Source of the DNA: Octopus vulgaris
Lineage: Eukaryota
Length of the DNA: 64,000 nucleotides
NCBI GenBank assembly: GCA_951406725.2
Contig: OX597830.1
Span: forward strand, 11,098,001-11,162,000
Reading direction: 5' to 3'
The position numbers and the translations under genes are program-made. Under the pieces are notes generated by a model. It did not search any database. It saw nothing but the letters and a program-made list of their open reading frames with translations, and had not been told where the DNA came from. Positions 18,791 to 33,772 of the stretch are shown here, in pieces. Position 1 is the stretch's first letter; each line of letters starts with the position of its first letter.

Positions 18791-20400
18791 GGGATGGGTT
18801 GTAATCGCTACCAATCAAACCCCATATTTGACAAGTACTTTTTTTTATATTAACACCGAGAGAATGAAAAATGAAGATGACCAGTGTGATTTGAACTCAG
18901 AACGTAAAGAGCCACAGTCGAATGCCACAATGCGTTTCTCCGATGAATCTAACGATTCTACCAATCTACCACCACCATCACAACCATCACTGCTACTACT
19001 ACTACTAGACTACTACTACTTCTACTACTACTACTTCTATTACTACTACTACTACTACTATTACTACTACTACTACTTCTGCAACTACTATTACTACTAC
19101 TAACACAACTACTACAATTAGCACCATCATCTCTATAAATGCCAGATCTATTTACTCCACCACCACAACAATCACAGCCTGCACCGATACCACCACCACT
19201 ACTACTACCACTATGCCACTATTACAAGCACCACCATTACAACTATGAAACCAAACCTATTAACTATAACCACCACCATCACCGCCTCTACAAATACTAC
19301 TATTTCTCTGTTATGACCACAACCCTCACCACCGCTACTCTTAATACTATTACGATTATAATAGCCATCGATGTATCATACTTAATGTATTTACACTGTC
19401 GACAGACCAGTCATTGCAGTATTTGCACTGAGATAACATTTCTTATGGACGAGCTGTGTTAAAAACATAGTAAGTAATCAGGGAGATGGAAATACATCCC
19501 AGCAGTGGCCAGCAAGAACCCCTAATGCATTTCAGCCTTTGGGGGTCTTTTCAAAGCTGCATACTCGCAACCATCTATTTGCTTGGATGAGAGTTTGCAA
19601 TCTGTGGTGTATAAAAAGGTGTTTAAAACATTCACTGATGTTGCGGAAAGCCGTTCGGCTGATTAAAAATCCGGTATGTGCAATTGAGGTAGTATATTTA
19701 TTAAAATAGCCATTTGTGTGCCATGCGTAATGTATATACACTGTTGCTAGGCCAATTACTGCAGTATTTGTCCAGAGATAACTTCTCTTATGGATTTCCT
19801 ATGTTAAAAACAAAATATGCCCTAGCAGTGGCCAACGAGAAACGCCTGCTATATTTCAGCCTTTTTTAAAGCCTTTTCAATGCCGAATGCTCGCAGCCTG
19901 CCACGTTTCGCTGACGAGATTTTGTCGTTACCAGCATCACCACCACCACCACCACCACCACTACCATCACCACTGCTAAAAATACCAGATCTATATACAC
20001 TAACTACCACCAATACCACTAACACACAACCACCACCACCACCACCACCACACCACTACCACCACACAAACACCACCGAAACCAACACCACAGCCATCTC
20101 CCATACTAACACTACTAAAATGTTTTTATTAGTCACCACCACTACCACTACCACCACCATCACCACCACTACCATCACCAAACCACTACAAGATGAGGCT
20201 GTGAAATTTCAGGTTCAAAAAGAAAAAAAAAATTATTGTATATATATATCTATTTGTGGTAGGAAGTGCTACAGTTTTTTTGGCAATTATTATTTTTTTT
20301 TTTTTACGCCAGTGATCTGCTAGCGGGTTCGTTTCCTGGTCGTGCCTGATCTGTGTAGATACACATGATTTATTGATTCTACATACAGTAGCAGTTGTCA

Positions 20401-20431
<31 letters not shown>

Positions 20432-20526
20432 TGTAGGAGGGTATGTGTAGGGGGTGTACGTGCGTGTGTCCGGGAGGGGTTGTATGTGTGTATGTGTACA
20501 CGTATGTATTTACGTATGTATGTGTG

Positions 20527-20565
<39 letters not shown>

Positions 20566-20655
20566 TTCATTTTGTCAATTAATGCAGTTAATACCATTAT
20601 TCTCTCACATTCTCTCTGTTTGTTTGGTTGGTTCTCTCTCTCTCTCTCTCTCTCT

Positions 20656-20729
<74 letters not shown>

Positions 20730-20731
20730 TT

Positions 20732-20770
<39 letters not shown>

Positions 20771-20869
20771 TAGATATAGATATATTTATATATATGTGGA
20801 GAAAGAGAGTATGTAAATGTGTGTGTGCGTGTGTATAATATATAAACATATATGTGTTATATACACACG

Positions 20870-20925
<56 letters not shown>

Positions 20926-21221
20926 TGACTTATATGAGACAAAGAGAGAGAGCTCAATATATATGAATTGATACGGTGTTCAGAATGTATGATGTCTCTA
21001 CTTCCGGTTTACTAATTAATTAATTTTATCGTATCACTGAGTCATAAATATATATATATATGCCTTTTTTTTGCCTGTCTTGTTCCTTGGTTTGTGTCTA
21101 TGTTTTTCGTCTCTCTATGTGTTCGACGTCTTTTTGGTGTCCTGTACACATATATGCGTGTATATGTACATGTAGAGGTAGGTACGTACATATATGTTTA
21201 TATATATGCATATATTTTATT

Positions 21222-21293
<72 letters not shown>

Positions 21294-21296
<3 letters not shown>

Positions 21297-21580
21297 TGGC
21301 GGACTGGTCAGCTTGCTCGATGGCAAGTGGGCCGCTGCGCCGTTAGACTCTAGATATGGGGACCCGTGTTAGTATTTAAGGAGCCCATACCTTCAAGTTT
21401 GAGAATTTTTTATTTACTCCGGGAAGAATGCATTTAAATTATTTCAGCCTGGCTGTGTTTGTAGACAGTTGAAAAGAATTCTTTTAACAAAACAAACAAA
21501 AATTAAATGATAGCATTGTAGCTGCAGCTGGGCCCCTTAGTCTCCTAGTAACCAATATTTTTAGACCCAATCCGCCACTG
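21294..21580. mobile_element. hAT-like MITE
   Basis: TIR CAGTGGCGGA(C/T)TGG; 8-bp flanks tatatata/tttatata. Confidence 0.7.
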
Positions 21581-21775
21581 TTTATATATTAAAACTCAAC
21601 GGATCATCAACAAAATATCAAATTTTATCGTTCATCTATTTCCTAATCACTTTATTTCTATGAAGTTAATGTTCAGCAATAAAAATACGGTGGTGTTAAC
21701 AATTTCCTGCAGTTCATTTTGAAAATGGATGATGAGTGAAGTTGTATATGGAGACACACATACGTATATATACAT

Positions 21776-21871
<96 letters not shown>

Positions 21872-21917
21872 TATATACATATATATATATAGATAGATAG
21901 AGAGATACATACATACA

Positions 21918-22006
<89 letters not shown>

Positions 22007-22610
22007 CAAAGGGGGTGTATTTCCAAGCGGGAAAAATATAGGCAAATTTGTTGTTTGTGTGCGTATGTGTATGTATGTATGAATATACATGTATGTGAGT
22101 ATGTATGTAGGTATGTATATATATGTATGTATGCATTATGTATGTATGTACGTACGTTTAATTAGCATACGGTGTCTCTACAGAGGAAGACGAATGTTTG
22201 AAATACATTTTCACGATTAGAAATATCGTTGAGTCATCTCATTTCGACATGTTTACGAATATTTCGGTTAAGTATTGTCAGCTGCATCTCCACTTCGATC
22301 GTTTGAAAAATCGGAAACGTGAAACTCAGGTAAATCATTCAAACAAAAAACTTCAGCCTCTAACAATACATACATGTGTGTGTGTGTGATTTATGTATAT
22401 AAGTATATACATGAACATATATATATATATATATATACACATACACACACAGGAGTGTCTGTGTGGTAAGTAGCTTGCTTACCCCAACCACATGGTTCCG
22501 TGTTCAGTCCCACTGCGTGGCACCTTGCGCAAGTATCTTATACTATAGCCTCAGGCCGACCAAAGCCTTGTGAATGGAGTTGGTAGACGGAAACTGAAAG
22601 AAGCCTGTCG

Positions 22611-22649
<39 letters not shown>

Positions 22650-22847
22650 ATCCTCCACACCATTGCTTGACAACCGATGGTGGTGTGTTTACGTCGCCGT
22701 AACATAGCGGTTCGGCAAAGATATAGAATAAGTACTAGGCTTACAAAGAATAAGTCCTGGGGTCAATTTGTTTGAGTAAAGGCGGTGCTCCAGCATGGCC
22801 TCAGTCAAATGACTGAAACGAATAAAAGAATAAAAGTTCAGATAGAG

Positions 22848-22907
<60 letters not shown>

Positions 22908-22956
22908 GGATGGATGGATGGATGGATAGATAGATAGATGGATGGATGGATGGATG

Positions 22957-23036
<80 letters not shown>

Positions 23037-23520
23037 TTCTCTGTATAGAATACATTTCATACTGGTCAAGCGATTTGAAATTGACCAGGAAGAGAAGTAA
23101 ATGGAAGGACGAGCAAGTTTGGCGATTCGATTTACAAAAAATATTAAATCCAGTACGAAAAAAATTATTTTATGTGGGATATAAAATAGTCTGAGCGAGT
23201 TCAACTTGTTTATCATTAAATTCATTCCCATATATGTGCATGTGTGTGTGCGTGCGTGTGAGTGTGTGTGTGTGTGCGCGCATGTGTTTGCGTGCGTGCG
23301 TGTGTGTGTGTGTGCGTGTGTGTGTACATATATATGTATGTGATAAATATATATATATATATGTACAAATGTGTGTGCTTATGTGTGTGTGTATGTATGT
23401 ATGTATACTTATACACACACAATTTATATGTATATATATTTATTTATACATATCAATATATTATATTTCGCTTTGGGATTTGGTTTGCAAGATTATTTAT
23501 ATGAGTTCGTGTGTTGAAAC

Positions 23521-23813
23521 ATATTCTGTTGTGTCTGGGGAGAGTCATTTTTTTTGTGCCTTATAATGTAACACACTCACCGGTAAAATTTCCACTTATT
23601 TCATATTTTTACTTCCCTAAAATTTTCGTTGCGTGTTGCAACCTTTGCAATAGTTTTGACTCTGTCCGTTATTTCAAGACTATTGCAAAGGTTGCAAGAC
23701 GCAACGGGAAATTTTAGGAAAATAAAAATAAGAAATAAGTGGAAATTTTACCGGTGAGTGTGTTAAATTATAAGGCACAAAAAAAATGACTCTCCCCAGA
23801 CACAATAGAATAT
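23521..23813. repeat. Near-perfect 293-bp palindrome with hammerhead-like arms
   Basis: atattctgttgtgtctggggagagtc... is inverted at ...gactctccccagacacaatagaatat. Confidence 0.9.
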
Positions 23814-23977
23814 ATTATATAATATATATAATGTATGTATGTATGTATGTATGTATATATTTATGTATATGCTTTCTATATTTATATATATATACACACA
23901 TATATATACATATATATATATATGTATATACATATACATACATATATATGCATATATACATACACATATATATATAC

Positions 23978-25114
<1,137 letters not shown>

Positions 25115-25339
25115 TTATGAATTCGAGGTAAAACATTTTACCTTCGCCCATATAATACAATAAATGAATTAATTGCATCGCAATTCTTAACATTTATGTA
25201 TTAACTTTATTGGGGTGCTTTACTGGCAGTATATTGGATATATGTTATCCCATAGAGGGTTACACTCACAACCCCTATCTCAATTTGTAATATATATCTA
25301 TACATATATATATACATACATATATACATATATATATAC

Positions 25340-25414
<75 letters not shown>

Positions 25415-25809
25415 TATATATCCATATATTACATTTTCAATTCATTCCATTGATAACAAATAACCATCAACCCAACTACAAATGAAAACGATCGGGTTTC
25501 AATTCCTAGTTATTTCATGTGGTATCCCATGCTCTGCCTGCGTTCATCGGGAAACGAATGAACGACACAACTTCCATTTGTCTCTTCTATTCATACATCT
25601 GTATTATGACTGCTACTGCTGCTCCTGCTGCCTCTGATTCTGCTACTGTTGTTGTCGTTGCAGGTTGTGTTATTTGTTTGTTTTTTTTTTATATATACTC
25701 TTGTTGTTACTGATGTTAATGATGATGTTAATTAAAATGTTGATTATGATTCTGATCATGATGCTGGTTGTTAATTATAAATTTGTTCATTCTTCCTGAA
25801 GTTTTGTTG

Positions 25810-25972
25810 ATGTATGTATGTATGTATAAAATGTACATATATATACACATATACATAAACATAAATGTGTATAAATATATATATGTGTGTGTGTGTATTT
25901 ATTTATATATATATATAGATGCTTGTATGTATATAAATATATATATGATATATAAGATATGTATATATATAT

Positions 25973-26044
<72 letters not shown>

Positions 26045-26135
26045 TAAACTTACATATATTTACATACATACCTATAAATATTTCTTGATCCGAGTGCAGT
26101 CGACATATATAGACATACATATATATATATGTGTG

Positions 26136-26183
<48 letters not shown>

Positions 26184-26435
26184 TATATGTATATATATAT
26201 GTATATATATGTATATATATATACATATATATATATGTATATATATATGGAGATATTTATATATATATCTATATATATATACATATATGTGCATATATAT
26301 ATAAATATATATAAATATAAATAGCTATATGTATATATATAAATATATATAGCTATTTGTATATATATATAAATATATATACCTACATGTATATATGTAC
26401 ACTAGTATGCATATATATGATTATATTTATCTATA

Positions 26436-26500
<65 letters not shown>
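25810..26500. repeat. Long degenerate (TA)n/(TG)n tract, one of dozens in the window
   Basis: Direct inspection. Confidence 0.95.
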
Positions 26501-26502
<2 letters not shown>

Positions 26503-27178
26503 AAGTAACTTTTTATTGACATATATTTAAAAAGTTAAAAAGTAATAAATGATTCCATATACACTGAATTCTGTTCTTGTTTTTGTGTTACTTATTTTCT
26601 GATAATCACTAAAAATGGTATTTAAAGAAAAAATAAAATAAAATACACCATGACCTCCCGTTTGAAAATCTCATCGCGATATTATCTGCCCCTGACGTCT
26701 GATGCAAGGAAAACCCTTTTCAACGCAAACCTTGGATAGGATAATCATGAACTTAAAAAGAATAAAGACGGAGAGCTAGCTGATTACTTAAGACGCCGGA
26801 CAAAATGCTTAGCGGCATTTCGTCCGTCTTTACTTTCTCAGTTCAAAGGCTGCCAGTATCGACTGTGCCGGTGGCACGTAAAAAAGCACCATCCGATCGT
26901 TGCCGTTTGCCAGCCTCGTCTGGCACCTGTGTCGGTGGCACGTAAAAAGCACCCACTACACTCACGGAGTGGTTGGCGTTAGGAAGGGCATCCAGCGGTA
27001 GAAACATTGCCAGATCAGACTGGGCCTGGTGCAGCCTCCTGGCTTCCCAGACCCCAGTCAAATCGTCCAACCCATGCTAGCATGGAAAACGGACGCTAAA
27101 CGATGATGATGATGATGATGATGATGATGATACATTATTTACAGTAGATAGATATTTGTCCACATCTTGTTTGTTGTT

Positions 27179-27224
27179 AACACAACATTTCGGCTGATAT
27201 ACCCTCCAGCCTTCTTCAGGTATC
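27179..27224 (-). ncRNA. Minimal hammerhead-like motif in a tRNA-headed element
   Basis: gatac-CTGAAGA-a-ggctg(gagggtatat)cagcc-GAAA-TG-TT-gtgtt. Confidence 0.65.
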
Positions 27225-27291
27225 TTGGGGAAATTTCGAACATGGGTTGTTCTCATTCCTAAGGTATTTTTCGATGTCGTTGTTGTTGTTG

Positions 27292-27362
<71 letters not shown>

Positions 27363-27861
27363 AATTGAACTCAGTAACCCGCGCGCTTAACCACTAGCCC
27401 ACGGGCATATGGCGTAGTGGTTAAGAGGGTGGTCTACTAACCCCAAGATTCCGAGTTCGATTCTAGGCAGTGACCTGAATAATACAAGATGAGGACAAAT
27501 ATCCGTCGAATGTAAATAATGTAAATAATTTACATAATTCCTCATCTCTTAAATATAGAATTGTTGAGAACTGAATATCCATGTAATCGATTAACACCTC
27601 CTCCCATCACTGAAACTGCTGGCCTTGTGCTAAAATTTGAAACCAATATGAAAAAATTATGATAGAATGTTTTTGTGAAGGACTCAGAAAAAAAACTCCA
27701 GAGAAAAGCGCTGGTGGGCATATCCACCGATTGCTGACATAGTGTTAAGTTTACAGGTAAGTTCACCGCCATCAATTTACCGTGAAAAACGTTCAGCACG
27801 AAGAAAGTTCACCAAGAAAATACATCCATAGTGTCTCGCCATTAATAATTAAAAACGAGTT

Positions 27862-28266
27862 TAGAAGAAAGGCTGAAGACGTCCGACCTTTATTCTCTAG
27901 AAAAACGACGACACCGTGGTGATCTCATTCTTGCTCACAACATCATAAGCGGAAAGTGTAACCTCTCGAAAGAGCTGTTCTTCACTCCTGCTCCAGAGCG
28001 TCGGCTACGGGGTCACTCCGAAAAGCTCTATCTGTGACGATTTCATCTCATTCGAAGGAGAGGGGCTTTCTCCGTCCGGGTTGCGGATCCGTAGAATAAG
28101 CTGCTAGACGAGATAGTGAAGATGCCGACGACCGCTCGGTTCAAAGTCTCTCTTGACCAGAAATGGCATGAACTCTCTGCATGAACACCCTCCCTGTACA
28201 TAACTCCATGTCCCTCTACATGGCCTTGCTTTTTGCTTTTTGAGCCAAAAAATTAACTTAACTTAT
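27862..28266 (+). mobile_element. CR1-like LINE 3' end
   Basis: LYSLEKRRHRGDLI...RLRGHSEKL...FSVRV motifs followed by an (AACTT)n tail. Confidence 0.8.
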
Positions 28267-28311
28267 TGAAAAGAAAAAACGATGCATTGATGCCGGTGAG
28301 CTTCCTGGACA

Positions 28312-28547
28312 CAGTAATCCCTCGCCATATCGCGGTTCACCTATCGCGGTTCACCTATCGCGGTTTGTTATTTAAGCTTACGTCGATTCCTCCGTGGTGT
28401 TGTTTTGCGTTTATAATAAAATAAATATACGCAATTTATAAAAATGATTTAAAGAAATATACAGTATAGCACTGTTTCTACTTCGCAGATTTTCGTCTAT
28501 CGTGGTGGGTTTTGGAACGTAACGGCCATGATAGTCGGCGATTACAG
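28312..28547. mobile_element. Degenerate pogo/Tigger-like MITE
   Basis: CAGTAATCCCTCG..ATCGCGGTT left end and a decayed inverted right end followed by TA. Confidence 0.55.
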
Positions 28548-28570
28548 TATTGTTAAAGATCATCATCATT

Positions 28571-28609
<39 letters not shown>

Positions 28610-29189
28610 GTTTGACGCCCGTTTCCCGTGCTAGCACGGGTTGGACGGTTCGACCAGGATCTGGGAAGCCAGGAGGCTGCACCAGGCTCCAGTCTGATCT
28701 GGCAGTGTTTCTACAGCTGGATGCCCTTCCTAACACCAACCACTTCGTGAGTGTAGTGGGTGCTTTTTTTACTTGCCACCGGCACAAGTGCCAGAGGAGG
28801 CTGGAAGTGGCCACGATCGGATGGTGCTTTTTACGTGCCACCGACCCAGAAGCCAGTCAAGGCGGCACTGGCATCAGTAAAAAATAAAACAACTATGCCG
28901 GACTAACGAGAAACCTCTGCTGCCTCTATCCAGACTAAAATTTTAGATTTGCGGCTGTGGATATCGGGATACTTGGTTGTGTAACAAAGTGCCTCTGCGC
29001 TGAGCTCCAAAAAGTGGGCTCCGCCAAACCAAACATTACTCGGTGGATTAAGTAATTACAACTTCAAGCCGTCAATAGTACTTTGGAAATATGTGAAACA
29101 TTCCAGATGTTTAGCATGCAGTAAACGCACATACACACTCGTAGATATACCAACATAGATACAAATAAGATGATAATTTATATAAGTAA

Positions 29190-29478
29190 CTAGCAGTATC
29201 GCCCGGCGTTGCTCGGGTTAGTAAGGGAAATAACTATATAAGCATTTTTAGAGAGTTATAGCCCAAAAAAACCATTCATTAAAAATGGGAAAAAAATTAT
29301 AGTAAATTTTTTTAAATCGTAGACTCATCGTAGACGCGCACTAATACCCAGAAGGGCTCGATATAAATCACGACTATATGATACCCGGTTTTGGTTAAAC
29401 TGCACCGCAAAATGTGGGAGTAGCTAGGAATCTAAATCGTAGGAGACAGACACACAACCACTCTTTTATATATAAAGA
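29190..29478 (-). mobile_element. Non-autonomous Helitron
   Basis: Minus strand 5'-TC...CCCGAGCAACGCCGGG hairpin...CTAG-3', inserted between A and T. Confidence 0.85.
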
Positions 29479-30277
29479 TATAAGCACTGAAAAATGTATA
29501 TAGATCCAAAATAAGACGATGATTTATTTTCGAACGCAGAGACGCCGTTAAAACAGGAGAAACACTGAGTAAATTATACTTACAAAGCTCAAAAATTTGT
29601 CAACAACCAGCTATGGGACTCGAACACATATCTCTTGAAGACTCAAGTCAAGTGCTTTAAGAGATATGGATTCGGTTTGTTTATATTTATATACAAGTTG
29701 TTGCACATTTGGTTTTAAAAGCGCTTAAAAAGCGGATTGATTTGTCAGCTGGCAGTTTAGCTTAATGGTAAAGCACTTGGCCGGAGTCTTCAAGAGATAT
29801 AGGTTCGAGTCCCCTAATTTACCCACTGTTTCTGCTATTCTAACGGTGTCTCTACGTTCGAAAATACATTATCGTCTTATTCGTATCTATATTTATATAC
29901 ACATTTCGGCGCTTATATAACGAAACAAATGTTAGTTTGTTTGCATTCATTTATAATACACATGATATACACAATGTGAAGACGCATAGCTTAGTGGTTA
30001 GGGTATTCGGCTCACAATCACAAGGTTGTGAGTTCGATTCCCAGTGATACATTGTGCCCTAAAGCAAGACACTTTATTTCACGTTGCTCCCGTCCACTCA
30101 GCTGGCAAAAGTAGTTCGTACCTGTAATTCAAAGGGGCCAGTCTTGTCGCATTCTGTGTCACAGTGAATCTCTCTCTGCAGACTACGTTAAGGACACGCG
30201 TGTCTGTGAAATACTCGGCCACTTGCACGTTAATTTCACGTGCATGCTGTGCCATCGATCGTACCATGAGGATGTCG

Positions 30278-31120
30278 TTCTTTTTCTCTATCCGCCGTTT
30301 CTCGGTGTAACACCACATAGATCCAAAATGCAGCTGTTTGAGACTCATACCCTCAGTCTGACGGGGAATGAAACTATTTATGACTAGCAGTATCGCCCGG
30401 CGTTGCTCGGGTTTGTAAGGGAAATAACTATATAAGCATTTTTAGAGAGTTATAGCCAAAATATAGCAAAAAAATGCATTAAAAATGGAAAAAAAATGAT
30501 GGTAAATTATTTTTTAAATCGTAGACTTATCGTAGACATTTTTAGAGAGTTACTTCCTTTATATAATAGCGAAAAATGCGTTAAAATGTAAAAAAATGAT
30601 GGTAAATTATTTTTAAAATCGTAGACTCATCGTAGACATTTTTAGAGAGTTACTTCCTTTGTATAATAGCGAAAAAATGCATTAAAATGGAAAAAAATGA
30701 TGGTAAATTATTTTAAAAATCGTTGACTCATCGTAGACATTTTTAGAGAGTTACTTCCCTTATATAATAGCGAAAAAAATGCATTAAAATGGAAAAAAAT
30801 GATGGTAAATATTTTTTTAAAATCGTAGACTCATCGTAGACGCGCGCTAATACCCAGAAGGGCTCGATATGAATCACGACTATAAGATACCCGGTTTTGG
30901 TTAAACTGCACCGCAAAATGTGGGAGTAGTTAGGAATCTAAATCGTAGGAGACAGACACACAACTTGACTTTTATATATAAAGAAGATATCAAGAACATG
31001 CCTTTCAATTTGGGTGGATTTGATATCAATGAGCAAGTTTTAACATTCAATGGCTCCCCACTTGCCAATGACTTCTCTGTTGGATCATTGAAAGATATGA
31101 ACACGCTTCACTTGGATATA
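30278..31120 (+). pseudogene. FAU: Processed, truncated FAU (FUBI ubiquitin-like part of the FUBI-eS30 precursor) pseudogene interrupted by a Helitron
   Basis: Pyrimidine 5'TOP-like start, ATG at 30328; removing 30384-30987 gives MQLFETHTLSLTGNETIYDIKNMPFNLGGFDINEQVLTFNGSPLANDFSVGSLKDMNTLHLDI, which aligns to FUBI; no intron and no S30 part. Confidence 0.8.
30384..30987 (-). mobile_element. Non-autonomous Helitron of the same family, with four roughly 100-bp internal tandem units
   Basis: Same termini as the 29190 copy; the A|T insertion is confirmed because removal restores the FAU reading frame. Confidence 0.9.
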
Positions 31121-31342
31121 TATACGGTATATACATTTACTCGTTATCTAAACACAAGTCATACACTTCAGTTGAGAAAAGATTAAAGTCTAAGAAGATA
31201 GCAATGGGAGACCATTTTGAATCGTAAATTTTGTGTAAAATGTTGCCATCAAATATAACAATCAATGCGTAAGCTTTCATTAATCAAAACCTAAAACATT
31301 TTATTCTATGATAAAATGGATAATGAGTATGCTATGATAATT

Positions 31343-31418
<76 letters not shown>

Positions 31419-31822
31419 TGCAGGGTGGCTGTGTGGTAAGTAGCTTGCTCACCAACCACATGGTTCTGAGTTCAGTCCCACTGCGTGGCACCTTGGGCAA
31501 GTGTCTTCTACTATAGCCTCGGGCCGACCAAAGCCTTGTGAGTGGATTTGGTAGACGGAAACTGAAAGAAGACTGTCGTATATATATGTATATGTGTGTG
31601 TGTGTGTGTATGTGTGTGTGTGTGTGTGTGTGTGTCCCCCCCCCCAACATCGCTTGACAACTGATGCTGGTATGCTTACGTCCCCGTAACTTAGCGGTTC
31701 GGCAAAAAAAGACCGATAGAATAAGTACTAGGCTTACAAAGTATTAGTTCTGGGGTCGATTTGCTCGACTACAGGCGGTGCTGCAGCATGGCCGCAGTCA
31801 AATGACTGAAACAAGTAAAAGA

Positions 31823-31869
<47 letters not shown>

Positions 31870-32296
31870 TACATGTGTGTGTGTGTGTGTATGTATATAT
31901 ATATATACTCTTTACTCTCTTTTTACTCTTTTACTTGTTACTGCGGCCATGCTGGAGCACCGCCTTTAGTCGAGCAAATCGACCCCGGGACTTATTCTTT
32001 GTAAGCCTAGTACTTATTCTATCGCTAAGTGATGGGGACGTAAACACACCAGAATTGGTTGTCAAGCAATGCTAGGGGGACAAACACAGAAAAACACACA
32101 CACACATACACACATATATATATATATACATATATACGACAGGCTTCTTTCAGTTTCCGTCTACCAATTCCACTCACAAGGCATTGGTCGAAGAAGACAC
32201 TTGCCCAAGATGCCACGCAGTGGCACTGAACCCGGAACCATGTGGTTGGTTAGCAAGCTACTTACCACACAGCCACTCCTGCGCCTATATATATAG

Positions 32297-32381
<85 letters not shown>

Positions 32382-32812
32382 TACATGTTTACATATGTAT
32401 ATATACACATATACACATCAATGAAGTAGTTGGCCAAATTCCAAAGGAAGCTACTTGTTCCTAAGCTAAAAACAAGGATATTTTTCCAATTTTTCCAATT
32501 GTGAGAAAAATTTAACAATATCAAAACGTGCGTACAATGCATGCAAAACTGCATAAATACATACATACATACATTAAAAGGAAGGAAGATGAAGGTAGGA
32601 AGGAAGGAAGGAAGGAAGGAAGGAAGGAAGGAAGGAAGGAAGGAAGGAAGGAAGGAAGAAAATATGAGAATGTTTTCTATGAATTATTTCTGGAATAAAT
32701 CGTGGTTTTCAAAATATGAATGAAAGATCTTTCTAAAAATTTTATCGATTTTTCGAAATATTTTCTCGAGTTTTGCAATAACATATGACAAGAACCTAGA
32801 GGGAGAACTATC

Positions 32813-33772
<960 letters not shown>

